Part shown: positions 63,803 through 64,000 of the stretch, one piece after another
Numbering within the stretch: position 1 is the stretch's first letter
Layout of the letters: each line of letters opens with the position of its first letter
Source: an uncultured Acidobacteriota bacterium
Lineage (GTDB): Bacteria > Acidobacteriota > Thermoanaerobaculia > Multivoradales > UBA5704
Assembly (NCBI GenBank): GCA_963700145.1
Contig: OY969474.1
Span: 1,568,001 to 1,632,000, forward strand
Length of the DNA stretch: 64,000 nt
Direction: 5' to 3'
Program-made: the position numbers and the translations under genes
The notes under the pieces: generated by a model
The model's database searches: none
What the model saw: the letters and a program-made list of their open reading frames with translations, nothing else
What the model was told of the DNA's origin: nothing

Positions 63803-64000
63803 ACCGGGGCGTCTGCAGGCCCCGCGGGGACATTCCGGGGCCTCCGGCGGGTGTTACGCCACCTTCTCCAGGGCCGCCGCGAGCTCCAGCTCCTGCTTGG
63901 TCAGGGCGCGGGCGACGAGCGCCGCGGGGCCGGCGGCGGCAGGATCGGTTCATCCGGCAGCTTCGACCTCACAGGACTCTCCACCACGGCGCCGCCAGCA

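Noticed and set aside
63853-64000. 3' end of a minus-strand gene at the window edge
   Set aside because: Too short and frame-ambiguous to assign

Overview
Very GC-rich bacterial chromosome segment, most consistent with Acidobacteriota (Thermoanaerobaculia-like; inferred from a lineage-typical C-terminal domain, an IPTL-CTERM-like sorting tail and a GlnRS-YqeY fusion). It is mostly housekeeping and peptidase genes (speA, glnS, thiC with TPP riboswitch, queE, cardiolipin synthase, S46/M28/M48/M1 peptidases, two-component systems), interrupted by three accessory patches: a restriction-modification plus toxin-antitoxin island (14.4-18.6 kb), a decayed mobile-element patch (45-51 kb) and an attC/cassette-like patch (60.5-63.3 kb). 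Highlights: (1) four unrelated intergenic tandem arrays plus a fifth degenerate one, all with a 21-bp period and (in the four main arrays) dyad symmetry, which no annotated feature explains; (2) a hidden AhpD/CMD-family selenoprotein (CHY-UGA read-through with a SECIS-like hairpin) that the ORF track splits in two; (3) a mevalonate operon with class I HMG-CoA reductase, IDI-2, isopentenyl phosphate kinase and no phosphomevalonate kinase, i.e. the haloarchaeal/Chloroflexi-type route, ending in a squalene/phytoene synthase; (4) a desaturase + Cfa-like methyltransferase + B12 radical SAM lipid-tailoring operon. Several genes between 22.7 and 32 kb and near 60 kb are frameshifted, probably from read/assembly errors. 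No rRNA, tRNA or CRISPR array was seen. All calls are by eye from motifs; no database searches were run.
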